Assembly (NCBI GenBank): GCA_049325275.1
Contig: JBMOLU010000001.1
Span: 509,830-573,829 of the forward strand
DNA from: Chloroflexota bacterium
GTDB lineage: Bacteria > Chloroflexota > Anaerolineae > Anaerolineales > UBA4823
Direction: 5' to 3'
DNA: 64,000 bases
Shown here: positions 29,632 through 37,683 of the stretch, piece after piece
Numbering within the stretch: the first letter of the stretch is position 1
How the letters are laid out: the number at the start of each line of letters is the position of its first letter
Notes under the pieces: generated by a model
The model's database searches: none
The model's input: the letters and a program-made list of their open reading frames with translations, nothing else
Told to the model about the DNA's origin: nothing
Translations under genes and position numbers: made by a program

Positions 29632-30402
29632 TCAGGCGCGGTAACGCGCCTTCAGTTCGGCCACGGGCAAAACAATCGTGCCCTCATCCCGGTGCCCCAG
29701 GGTGGTAACCTGATCGGGATGATGGGCAGACATCCAGGCAGTGTAGGCAGCCACCAGGGCATCCAGTTCCGCCGGGGAGTAAAGGTCTTTCAAGGGCAAA
29801 ACGCCCTGCAACAGGCGATGACGGGTGATCTCCTCGAAGACGTCCATCGGGTCAGGCAAGCGCAGCTTGTGCTCGTACAGCACCAGCTGGCGCTGGATGC
29901 GGCCTTCGAAGGTGTCCTTGTTGAAGGGGAGCAGCCCCAAAAGTGCGCAAAAAGCGGCGTGCGGGTACGTTTCCAGCCACTGCAATTCGCCTTCCGCCGG
30001 AAACTGTGCGTATCCGAGTGCTGCCAGCCGGCGATAGAGGTTGAAGCCGGCTCGCATCCAGCCGGGACACTGCGCTTCATCGGTGCCGGTGGGCGTACAG
30101 GGAATGGCGTGCTGCCGCAGTTGGTACTCGGCCAGGCGGAAGCCGGCCCAACGGCCGGCGCGCGGCGGCGTGGCCAGCGTTGCACGGATCTCCGGCCGTT
30201 CCAGCAGGGAACGCGCCGGGCTGCTGGGGGCGCACACGCAGGCAAAAGCCTGCCGCTGCCCACCCACAAAAGCCAGGACTTCATCCATATTGCCCTGGCC
30301 GAGCGCCAGCAAACGCAAGCCGTCATCCAGTGCGGCGTAGGCAAACGGACGTTGCCCGGCTGTGGGGTCGATGCCGATAAAGGTCGTGTTTGTAAAAAAC
30401 AT
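29632..30402 (-). CDS. Hypothetical protein, possibly RNase-H-like fold (DUF429-like)
   Basis: MFFTNTTFIGIDPTAGQRPFAYAALDDGLRLLALGQG resembles the N-terminus of DUF429-type proteins (recalled from memory). I placed the start at ATG 30402. Confidence 0.4.
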   Translation of the reverse strand: MFFTNTTFIGIDPTAGQRPFAYAALDDGLRLLALGQGNMDEVLAFVGGQRQAFACVCAPSSPARSLLERPEIRATLATPPRAGRWAGFRLAEYQLRQHAIPCTPTGTDEAQCPGWMRAGFNLYRRLAALGYAQFPAEGELQWLETYPHAAFCALLGLLPFNKDTFEGRIQRQLVLYEHKLRLPDPMDVFEEITRHRLLQGVLPLKDLYSPAELDALVAAYTAWMSAHHPDQVTTLGHRDEGTIVLPVAELKARYRA

Positions 30403-30571
30403 GAGGCTGCCTGTGTAGAGAAAGCCAGTCACAACGGCATCATTATCCATCGAAATGGCAAAAATCGCAAGGCAATCCGCAATTTGACCGTCCCAGGCGT
30501 GATAAACTTGTTGTGTTCCGAGCGCAAACTTCCCAAGCAACCCCCGGCCACTTCCCGTTTACGGAGGGCAA

Positions 30572-30898
30572 ATGAACACAAAATGGGTCATCCTGCTTAC
30601 CACCATCCTGGCGCTGGCGCTGTCTGGCCAGGTAACCTTCGACGTGCAGCCGTCTGCGCCAGGGTCCACGCGCCATGCGGTGTGGCAGGAAGTAACCCCT
30701 TACCCGTCCGATACGGACGCCTCACCGGGCACCGTCGAAGCCGAAGCGCCTGCAGCAACTTCCGAAGGCGATGGTCTGCCGCGCCCGCCTTCAGAATCCG
30801 GCCAGAACATGATCTTGATCGTCGGTGCGATTTTGCTCGTGCTGATCATCTTCTTGGGTGTGGCGGCGAACAGCCGCAAAATAGATCGAGACGGGTAA
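30572..30898 (+). CDS. Hypothetical small membrane-anchored protein
   Basis: N-terminal signal/TM segment VILLTTILALALSG, a Pro/Ser/Glu-rich linker, and a C-terminal TM segment ILIVGAILLVLIIFLGV with a basic tail. Confidence 0.4.
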   Translation: MNTKWVILLTTILALALSGQVTFDVQPSAPGSTRHAVWQEVTPYPSDTDASPGTVEAEAPAATSEGDGLPRPPSESGQNMILIVGAILLVLIIFLGVAANSRKIDRDG

Positions 30899-30946
30899 GC
30901 CGAAAAAACGGCCACCCAAAACAGGCGGACAGGGGGAAGCGCCTCA

Positions 30947-31426
30947 CTATGCCGTTGACGATGCGAGCTCTTTCATAAGATTTGCCATTTCGATCGCCGC
31001 CAGGGCGGCTTCGACGCCCTTATTGCCTGCCTTGCTGCCCGAACGCTCAATCGCCTGTTCCAACGTATCGCTCGTAACCACACCAAATGTCACCGGGACG
31101 CCGGTGCGCAACCCGGCCTGAGCGATGCCCTTCGCAGCCTCAGCGGCCACGAAGTCGAAATGAGGCGTTGCGCCGCGAATGATCACACCCAGGCAGATGA
31201 CGGCATCGTAAGCGCCTGTAGCGGCCATGCTTTGCGCTGCCAGGGGCAGCTCGAAACTTCCCGGCACCAGGGCCACATCAATCCGGCTTTCATCGACACC
31301 ATGCCGCAGCAAGGCATCCTTTGCCCCTTCGAGCAAACGATTCCCCATGAAATCATTCCAGCGTGACAACACGATGCCGAGGTGCAATCCATCCCCCGTT
31401 AGTTTTCCGGAAAACGTCTTTGCCAT
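30947..31426 (-). CDS. ribH: 6,7-dimethyl-8-ribityllumazine synthase
   Basis: [22 protein letters not shown]...VPGSFELP...[14 protein letters not shown] is typical of RibH. Confidence 0.9.
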   Translation of the reverse strand: MAKTFSGKLTGDGLHLGIVLSRWNDFMGNRLLEGAKDALLRHGVDESRIDVALVPGSFELPLAAQSMAATGAYDAVICLGVIIRGATPHFDFVAAEAAKGIAQAGLRTGVPVTFGVVTSDTLEQAIERSGSKAGNKGVEAALAAIEMANLMKELASSTA

Positions 31427-31508
31427 GTTTTTCTTCCTTGCTGTTGTGGGCCTCGACTTGGAAATGTGAGGCCACCTTTCCCGCCGGTGGCGGAAGAGCG
31501 GTTGCTTT

Positions 31509-32783
31509 CTAGCAGAAGTCCGAAAGGCATAGTTGGTGATTGAGCTTTTCGGCTTTGGACTTCAAGTAACGCCGGTTTTCGTCCCGCAAACCGAACTGGT
31601 GCGGGATGCGCTCCACGATCCGAATTCCGTACTTGGATAGCCCCTGTATCTTGTGAGGATTGTTGGTCATCAGGCGAACTTCGGAGATTTCCTGATCCAT
31701 CAGGATGGCAGCGGCAAGGCCGTACTCTCGCAAGTCGGCAGGGAAGCCCAGAGCAAGGTTGGCTTCGACGGTGTCCATGCCGCCATCTTGCAGGGCGTAC
31801 GCCCGGATTTTGTTTGCCAGGCCGATGCCCCGCCCCTCTTGCCGCAGGTAAATCAAAAGCCCGCAGCCTTCCCTGCCGATCCTTTCCAGGGCAGCTTGTA
31901 GCTGATCCCCGCAGTCGCAGCGTAGCGAACGCAACAGGTCGCCGGTAACGCACTCGGAATGAACGCGTACCAGGGGCGGTTTTTGCGTGCAATCGCCCAG
32001 CCGCAGGACGAGGTGTTCCCTATCCGGCAGGCGTTGGCTGCCATAAACGGTCACCTGAAACAACCCGTAACGCGTGGGCAGCATGGCGCTCTCCAGGCGC
32101 TCGGCAAGCGGAAGGGTCGTCTTTTCTACCGGCAGGATTTCCCTTTGCGGTAAATCGATCGATTCGGCGTGCTTCTCGTTTGCGAGAAACGCCAGCAGAT
32201 CTTCAACGGCAATCGCCTTCAACCCGTGACGGCGGGCAAAGGCGCGGATCTGCAGCGGACCGGCCATATGCCCGTCTTCTGCCATCACCTCACAAATGAC
32301 GGCCGCCGGGGTGAGTCCGGCCAACTGCATCAGTGTGACACTGGCCTCGGTGTGGCCGGGGCGTGCAAACACACCACCTTGATGGGCACGCAGGGGAAAC
32401 ATATGCCCCGGAACACTGATATCCTGCGGACGGCTGGCCGGATCGATTAAAACGGCAACCGTCCGGGCGCGATCGTGCGCCGAAATTCCCGTCGTCACCC
32501 CATGGCGAGCTTCTACAGAGACGGTAAAGTTCGTCCCGCGGCCCGAACGGCTGAATCCGGCAGGCGCCATCAACGGCAGTCGGAAGCGGTCGAGCATTGT
32601 GCCCGTCATGGCGATGCAGATCAGCCCCCTTGCCTCGCGGGCCATAAAGTTGATCGCATCTGGGGTTGCAAAGTCGGCTGCAATGACGACGTCGCTTTCG
32701 TTTTCGCGGCTGCCATCGTCGCTAAGTAAGATCGCTTTCCCGGCTTGCAGGTCTGAAACGGCATCCGAAACGGTAACATCCAT
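31509..32783 (-). CDS. ribBA: Bifunctional 3,4-dihydroxy-2-butanone-4-phosphate synthase / GTP cyclohydrolase II
   Basis: Carries RENESD, a DHBP synthase core and the GCH II motif [11 protein letters not shown]...CDCG. I placed the start at ATG 32783, preceded by ggagga. The ribE stop lies between that RBS and the ATG. Confidence 0.9.
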   Translation of the reverse strand: MDVTVSDAVSDLQAGKAILLSDDGSRENESDVVIAADFATPDAINFMAREARGLICIAMTGTMLDRFRLPLMAPAGFSRSGRGTNFTVSVEARHGVTTGISAHDRARTVAVLIDPASRPQDISVPGHMFPLRAHQGGVFARPGHTEASVTLMQLAGLTPAAVICEVMAEDGHMAGPLQIRAFARRHGLKAIAVEDLLAFLANEKHAESIDLPQREILPVEKTTLPLAERLESAMLPTRYGLFQVTVYGSQRLPDREHLVLRLGDCTQKPPLVRVHSECVTGDLLRSLRCDCGDQLQAALERIGREGCGLLIYLRQEGRGIGLANKIRAYALQDGGMDTVEANLALGFPADLREYGLAAAILMDQEISEVRLMTNNPHKIQGLSKYGIRIVERIPHQFGLRDENRRYLKSKAEKLNHQLCLSDFC

Positions 32784-32787
32784 CACG

Positions 32788-33447
32788 CTATTCCTCCAGG
32801 CCGTAGCCATTTTCTACCAAAAACTGTGTTGAGATTCCACGGGCTGCCACCGGTAAGCCGCCGGCAAACAACATCTTTTCGATGTACTTTCCAAGAACAT
32901 CCACTTCAAGGTTGACTTTATCGCCGATTTTTTTCACGGGCAACGTAATCTGCCGTCGTGTGTAAGCGATCAGGCAAACGGTGAAAGTCTCTTCGAATGT
33001 ATTCACCACGGTCAGGCTGGCGCCGTCCACGGCAATAAAGCCTTTGGGAACGATGTACCGCATCAGTCCTTTGGGGGCGCACACGTTGACCCACAAAGCG
33101 TCAGGCTCTTTGCACAGGCTGGCAACGACGCCCGTTCCGTCGATATGTCCTTGGACGAAGTGTCCACCGATGCGTGAGGTTGGCAAGAGCGAACGCTCGA
33201 GATTGACCAGGCCGCCCTGTCGCACGCTTGCCAGATTGGTACGTTTACGCGTCTCGGATGATAACGCCACGGTGAACCCCTGTTCCGTCAGGCCGGTCAC
33301 CGTCAGGCAGGTACCGTTCACGGCCATGCTGTCGCCCGGTTGTGCGCCGACATGGACTTTCTTGCTGGCAATTGAGAGCTCTATCCCTTGCACTTTATGC
33401 TGCAAACGATGGACGATTCCGATCTCTTCGACAATTCCAGTAAACAT
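32788..33447 (-). CDS. ribE: Riboflavin synthase alpha chain
   Basis: Begins MFTGIVEEIG and shows the internal duplication of the lumazine-binding domain. The start overlaps the ribD stop by 1 nt. Confidence 0.9.
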   Translation of the reverse strand: MFTGIVEEIGIVHRLQHKVQGIELSIASKKVHVGAQPGDSMAVNGTCLTVTGLTEQGFTVALSSETRKRTNLASVRQGGLVNLERSLLPTSRIGGHFVQGHIDGTGVVASLCKEPDALWVNVCAPKGLMRYIVPKGFIAVDGASLTVVNTFEETFTVCLIAYTRRQITLPVKKIGDKVNLEVDVLGKYIEKMLFAGGLPVAARGISTQFLVENGYGLEE

Positions 33448-34667
33448 CAACGCTTTCCTTTCCAAGAATTTCTCTGGTGAGTTTCGCTGGCGCCCGGCAT
33501 CCGGCCGGCATAGCCCCTGATCAAAAAGTCATGCCCAACCTGCTCGACACAGGCATCTTCCAGGTGAAAGCCCTCAACGACCTTTTCCACGCCGCAACCG
33601 CGCACAGGCCCGGGGGCCGCCTCGCCGCCAAGAATGATGGGCGCAAGAAAGGCCCACACTTCGTTGACCAGCCCGCGCAAAACAAAAGAAGCCATTACCT
33701 GCCCGCCGCCTTCGATCAGCAGGCTGATCAACTCTCTTCTGCCCAATGCATCGAGCAGCGGGCCAGGATCGACCCGCCCATCCGGCGCGGCTGGAAGCAC
33801 CAACACCTCGATTCCTTTTCTGTCCAACGCCGCTGCATGCCCTGCCGGCATGGCGTCCGTGGTCGCAACGATGGTCTTGCCGGGCAACGACGGGTCGAAA
33901 ATATTTACGCCCAGGGGCACGCGCCCGCGACTGTCGAGCAGTATTCGGATCGGCTGGCGCGGGTTGAGAAAACCTTCCAGGCGGGTGGTCAAACGCGGGT
34001 TATCGAGGATTGCCGTGTCGGCACCGATCAAGACCGCATCACAAAGGTGGCGCAGCCAGTGCGCCTGCTGGCGAGAGGCTTCCCCGCTGATCCAGCGGCT
34101 ATCTCCGCTGCGGGTGGCGATCTTGCCGTCCAGGCTGGCAGCAAACTTGGCAACGACGTACGGCCTGCCGTGCACAACGGAGTGGAAGAAGAAACGGTTC
34201 AAGTACTGGGCCTGTGCAGCGCAAACCCCCTGGGTGACCACCAGGCCCGCTTCTACCAGCTTGCGGTGCCCCTTGCCGCTTACCAGTGGGTTTGGGTCTG
34301 CAACGGCATAGACGACTTCTCGTACGCCTGCAGCGATGATGGCCTGCGTGCAAGGCGGGGTGCGGCCGTGATGGCTACAAGGCTCAAGGGTTACATAGAG
34401 CGTGGCGCCATGCGCTTTATCTCCTGCCGAACGCAGCGCTTCCACCTCCGCATGAGACTGGCCGGCTTTTTGGTGGTACCCCGCTCCAACCACCTGCCTG
34501 TTTCGGACGATCACAGCGCCTACCGCCGGGTTTGGGCTGGTGTACCCCTGGCCTTTTGCGGCCAGGGCCAACGCCTGCTGCATAAAAAGGCGGTCGCACT
34601 TGCAGGGCAAACGTAAGCCGGTATGTGTTTGTTCGCATGTTTCAAGGTTAGCTTGAGGATTAAACAT
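33447..34667 (-). CDS. ribD: Bifunctional diaminohydroxyphosphoribosylaminopyrimidine deaminase / 5-amino-6-(5-phosphoribosylamino)uracil reductase
   Basis: Carries the deaminase motifs HAEVEAL and EPCSHHGRTPPC and a C-terminal reductase domain. ATG 34667 is preceded by ggagc. Confidence 0.85.
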   Translation of the reverse strand: MFNPQANLETCEQTHTGLRLPCKCDRLFMQQALALAAKGQGYTSPNPAVGAVIVRNRQVVGAGYHQKAGQSHAEVEALRSAGDKAHGATLYVTLEPCSHHGRTPPCTQAIIAAGVREVVYAVADPNPLVSGKGHRKLVEAGLVVTQGVCAAQAQYLNRFFFHSVVHGRPYVVAKFAASLDGKIATRSGDSRWISGEASRQQAHWLRHLCDAVLIGADTAILDNPRLTTRLEGFLNPRQPIRILLDSRGRVPLGVNIFDPSLPGKTIVATTDAMPAGHAAALDRKGIEVLVLPAAPDGRVDPGPLLDALGRRELISLLIEGGGQVMASFVLRGLVNEVWAFLAPIILGGEAAPGPVRGCGVEKVVEGFHLEDACVEQVGHDFLIRGYAGRMPGASETHQRNSWKGKR

Positions 34668-34843
34668 AAAAGCTCCGGTCCAGGTTGAATCGGAGCAAGG
34701 TGGGAGAGCACGCTCAACACGCGCCAGACAAACGTGGCCTTATCGCACGAGAATAGGGACCAATACTGCACGCACGTCAACTCAAAGAAAGGAGCTGGCG
34801 CCCGGCAGGCACACGCCGTCAGAAACCTGTTGTGACTGCTTCG

Positions 34844-35007
34844 ATCTTCTCCCATCCGGACTATACCGTCGGCTCCGGCTTCTCACCGGATCCACCCTTT
34901 GGCACCGCGGAGGGTGGCAAAGGGGTCACGGGCTTGGCTGGTTCTCCCAGCTTTACCGTCGGTCAGGAATTGGCTGCCCTTTCGGCGCCGCACCTTGCCC
35001 CGAAGAT
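34844..35007 (-). promoter_or_regulatory. FMN riboswitch (RFN element) in the ribD leader
   Basis: The minus strand reads AUCUUCGGGGCAAGGUG...AAUUCCUGACCGACGGUAAAGC...GGAUCCGGUGAGAAGCCGGAGCCGACGGUAUAGUCCGGAUGGGAGAAGAU. This matches the RFN consensus, including P1 AUCUUC/GAAGAU. Confidence 0.9.
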
Positions 35008-35058
35008 CTGCTTCTCTTGGATTCTTCACCCAGGGTGAAAGAATCCATAATTGTGTAG

Positions 35059-35087
35059 ATAATAATCCAGCACCATGGAACTGTCAA
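35059..35087 (-). promoter_or_regulatory. Sigma-70-type promoter of the rib operon
   Basis: The minus strand reads TTGACA-gttccatggtgctggat(17)-TATTAT, about 50 nt upstream of riboswitch P1. Confidence 0.6.
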
Positions 35088-35124
35088 GGGGGAAAACGAA
35101 AAACGAGCCGCCTGTTTCTCCATA

Positions 35125-35153
35125 TTGACAGGCCTCCCTTCTTAGGGTATGCT
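35125..35153 (+). promoter_or_regulatory. Candidate sigma-70-type promoter firing into the 0.6-kb non-coding region
   Basis: The plus strand reads TTGACA-ggcctcccttcttaggg(17)-TATGCT. It sits back-to-back with the rib promoter, with the two -35 boxes 37 nt apart. Confidence 0.35.
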
Positions 35154-35279
35154 TACGCCCCGAACCGTCGGATGGGTCCGGCGCGGCAGAAACCTGCGAA
35201 CCCCGCCAGGGCCGAGAGGCAGCAACGGTAAGTGGGCCATTCTGGGTGCCGCCGGGTTGCCTGTCCGGCGGTTCACCGT

Positions 35280-35405
35280 TTAAAAGCGTCTTCCCTCTCA
35301 CCGCCCAAAGGCGTTCCGAGAGGGAAGAACCTCAGAAAGATACCGGTAAGGGGTACCGCTAATCGGAAAAACCTGCCCCACAGGTGGGATGGGTTGATCC
35401 TTCTC
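35280..35405. ncRNA. Structured repeat unit A (candidate novel RNA element; strand unresolved)
   Basis: The unit starts with TTAAA. An 11-bp hairpin follows: tcttccctctc (35289-35299) pairs with gagagggaaga (35318-35328). Next come ctcagaaagataccggtaa and the core taccgctaatcggaaaaacctgc (35354-35376), which carries the hairpin acctg/caggt. The unit closes with ccttctc (35399-35405). Confidence 0.4.
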
Positions 35406-35542
35406 AACGAAGTGCCGTGAAAAAGCGCCGCGCTGTATACCGTAATTTTATTGCGATAGAGCATCCTTCAACAAATCACTTTGCTGAACTATCTTTGCAG
35501 TTCTGCAATGTATGAGCAAATCCATCGGCGGATGGCGGCCCC

Positions 35543-35676
35543 TTAAATGCCTTCCCCCCTGCAAAAGTGCTGCGAGGGGGAAGGGCTTCAGAGGAGATGA
35601 CCAGTAAACGAACAAACCAGGAGCGTCACGTAAAATACCGCTAATCGGAAACCTGCACGGGCAGGCGGCCTTCTCG
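35543..35676. ncRNA. Structured repeat unit B, homologous to unit A
   Basis: The unit starts with TTAAA. A 9-bp hairpin follows: ccttccccc (35550-35558) pairs with gggggaagg (35576-35584). Next come cttcagaggagatgaccagtaa and the core taccgctaatcggaaacctgc (35636-35656), which carries the hairpin cctgc/gcagg. The unit closes with ccttctcg (35669-35676). Confidence 0.4.
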
Positions 35677-35685
35677 GGAAGAGAG

Positions 35686-36936
35686 CTACTTGTAAAGTTC
35701 GAGCGTCGAAGGCTTCTTGTAGGCTTTTTCGGGATTGAAGTTGATGTCGATATTGGCGTTACCGCTGATATCGACCGTGTGGCCGACGAGCTGCGTATTG
35801 AAGGTAGGTGTGGTGCCGTTGGAACCGTGGGCTTTGATCTGGCCGTTGGGGGCGTAGACCAGGCCCAGGTAAGCGGAAGTGGCGTTGCCTTCCAGGTCGA
35901 TATCGCCGACGGCGGCGTAGATCAACACCCCGCCGATGGCCGGCTTGGGATCAGGCGAAGTATCCGGCGCTTCGATATTGACCGTCGCACCGCCGTTGAT
36001 GGTCAGATCGCCCGACACCAGGTAGATGGTCACACCCGAACCGGTCAGCGAATCGTGTGCGTTGATGCGGACATCTCCGGTGACACAGTAGAGGCCCGGG
36101 CTCAAGCTGCCGCCGAACGAACCGCCGCTCACGTTAATGGCGTCCGGGTGGGAACAATCCGGTGCAGGCACGGTGAATTTGTCGGGGGACATGGGCGGCG
36201 ATTGTACGGGCGCCGGGTTCATATTGCCCGGGTTTCCATCCATATCGCTACCGTAACCGATGCCGCCGTTGGTCACGTTCACGTGGTAAGAGTTGCCGTT
36301 GATGCCCAGGCAGCCGTTCGACCAGATGCCGCCGCCGTTGATCAAGGTGGTGCTGCTGCCGCCGACGATCACGCCGTAGCTGTTGCCGCTGCAGGCTTCG
36401 GTGCCGGTGGCGACCACGGCGTGCCCGAAGGCCAGCGGGCTGCGGGGGCGCACACGCGTGACGGCCTGGACGTTGTTGATCAGCTCACCACCGTAGAAGA
36501 GCTGCATGAAGTTGGTGTCGGTGGTCTTCGAGATGTAGGTGGTGATGTCGATATACTTGTCCATGAAGCCGTTGAGCATTTCCTGGCCGCAGACGGCGGT
36601 GACCACGTTGGCGCCCGGCGCCGTGCCGCCGGCGATGGTGAACTTATTGTTGGCTGCCCGACTGACGGCCGCCTGGATGGCCGCATTTTGGGCGGCAACG
36701 ATGCGGCTGTCGGCGCAGTTCCAGGTGCTGTAGTACACGTGGCTGTTCTCGATGCTCAGCGCCGCCGCGCCACCGCCGGCCAACGAGGAGGCGTCGGCCA
36801 CGTTTTGGGCGTAGCGCCGGTCCGAGTAAGCCATGCCACCGTCCAGGGCCAGGGCCAGGAAGCCCAGCAGGACCACGAACCCAAAGGCCAGCAGGACCAT
36901 GACTTGGCCGCTTTCGAGAGATGCGTTTCGTTTCAT
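35686..36936 (-). CDS. TadG-like pilus-assembly/pseudopilin protein (416 aa)
   Basis: The N-terminus ESGQVMVLLAFGFVVLLGFLALALDGGMAYSDRRYAQNVADASSLAGG matches the TadE/G-like N-terminal domain. The Gly/Asn-rich C-terminal repeats (INGG, GNA) suggest a beta-helix. Confidence 0.7.
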   Translation of the reverse strand: MKRNASLESGQVMVLLAFGFVVLLGFLALALDGGMAYSDRRYAQNVADASSLAGGGAAALSIENSHVYYSTWNCADSRIVAAQNAAIQAAVSRAANNKFTIAGGTAPGANVVTAVCGQEMLNGFMDKYIDITTYISKTTDTNFMQLFYGGELINNVQAVTRVRPRSPLAFGHAVVATGTEACSGNSYGVIVGGSSTTLINGGGIWSNGCLGINGNSYHVNVTNGGIGYGSDMDGNPGNMNPAPVQSPPMSPDKFTVPAPDCSHPDAINVSGGSFGGSLSPGLYCVTGDVRINAHDSLTGSGVTIYLVSGDLTINGGATVNIEAPDTSPDPKPAIGGVLIYAAVGDIDLEGNATSAYLGLVYAPNGQIKAHGSNGTTPTFNTQLVGHTVDISGNANIDINFNPEKAYKKPSTLELYK

Positions 36937-37024
36937 AATTACACCTTCAACTTTCTTTGCTCTTCCAACCGAAAAAAAAAAAAAATGGCGTACGTTTCGG
37001 AGCCTGCCCAGCGTTCGAACGTTT

Positions 37025-37462
37025 TTACTCGCAGGCAGGGGTCAAAATGGTATCGGTAATGCGGGCCCGCAGGGCAATGCTCTGCGATCCAAGGATGGTC
37101 CCCAGCAGGGGGGTGGTGATAGTGAAATTGGGATATTCGACCACCACTTCGACGCCGTTCCCGGCACACAGCGCCCCGGTTGGGTTGACCTGCACGTTGA
37201 TGAGCGTCGTGTCGGCCATGTCGACCGGCTTGGTCGACGTGGTGCGCACACGGTTGATGATGCCGGTGGTGTCGCTGGGGTTGATGGAGGCGTAAGTGGC
37301 GCCTTCCTGGGCTGCGTCGCGCAGCGACATATAGACGAAGAACGCACGGCCCAGATCGAGCAAGCCGGCCAAAACAATCATGAGGATGATCAAAACGGCT
37401 GCAAATTCCACCAGCGCCTGGCCTTGTTCTTTTTGTGTGTGAGCGAGGGTTTTCTTCATCAC
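37025..37462 (-). CDS. TadE-like pseudopilin (145 aa)
   Basis: EQGQALVEFAAVLIILMIVLAGLLDLGRAFFVYMSLRDAAQEGATYA carries the TadE signature. An RBS aggag is present. Confidence 0.8.
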   Translation of the reverse strand: MMKKTLAHTQKEQGQALVEFAAVLIILMIVLAGLLDLGRAFFVYMSLRDAAQEGATYASINPSDTTGIINRVRTTSTKPVDMADTTLINVQVNPTGALCAGNGVEVVVEYPNFTITTPLLGTILGSQSIALRARITDTILTPACE

Positions 37463-37507
37463 ATTACTCCTAAAAAAAGTACGTTCGGCTGTGCCTTACA
37501 TCCAGTA

Positions 37508-37533
37508 AAACGGAAGCGCATTGCAAAAGTTAC
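37508..37533 (-). promoter_or_regulatory. ECF-type promoter candidate upstream of tadE-tadG
   Basis: The minus strand reads GTAAC-ttttgcaatgcgcttc(16)-CGTTTTAC, 45 nt upstream of ATG 37462. Two other copies share this motif. Confidence 0.55.
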
Positions 37534-37607
37534 ACTTTGGGCAAATCATTTTGCGGAATTTCCCTTGCACTTTTGAAAAGTTCGGCGCGCGAACGTGACA
37601 CCAGGCG

Positions 37608-37651
37608 CCGACAACAAACCAGCGGCGCTGCAGCGCCGCTGGTTTGTTGTC
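37608..37651. terminator. Perfect 44-nt palindrome (20-bp stem, TGCA loop) just downstream of the 794-aa gene
   Basis: cgacaacaaaccagcggcgc-tgca-gcgccgctggtttgttgtcg. No U-tract lies on either side. Confidence 0.5.
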
Positions 37652-37683
37652 GGGAGGCTTCACCGGCCTGTTTGCCTGTTTTC

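Noticed and set aside
35160-35320. Possible cobalamin riboswitch on the minus strand (AGGGAAG...CGGTGAACC...GCCCACT...GCAGGTTTCTGCC).
   Set aside because: The order of the blocks is suggestive. However, the B12 box (GCCACTG), the GGTGAAAnTCC core and the AGCCAGGAGACCTGCC-like 3' block are each imperfect. No B12-related gene lies downstream; the rib promoter follows. I judged the evidence insufficient without a covariance-model score.
35088-35685. Whether the 0.6-kb gap encodes RNase P RNA, tmRNA, SRP RNA or a small protein such as a Flp pilin.
   Set aside because: I found none of the expected signatures: GGAAAGTCCGGGC or ACAGAAnCCGGCTTA (RNase P), a tRNA-like GGTTCGAnTCC...CCA end with a tag ORF (tmRNA), or GGTCCGGAAGGAAGCAGCC (SRP). 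The 62-91-aa ORFs here are Arg/Pro-rich with no RBS and no hydrophobic Flp-like segment.
36937-37024. T14 tract as a canonical intrinsic terminator between tadE and the TadG-like gene.
   Set aside because: The sequence immediately 5' of the T-run (ggctccgaaacgtacgcca) forms at most a 3-bp stem. It is flagged instead as a slippage-prone homopolymer.
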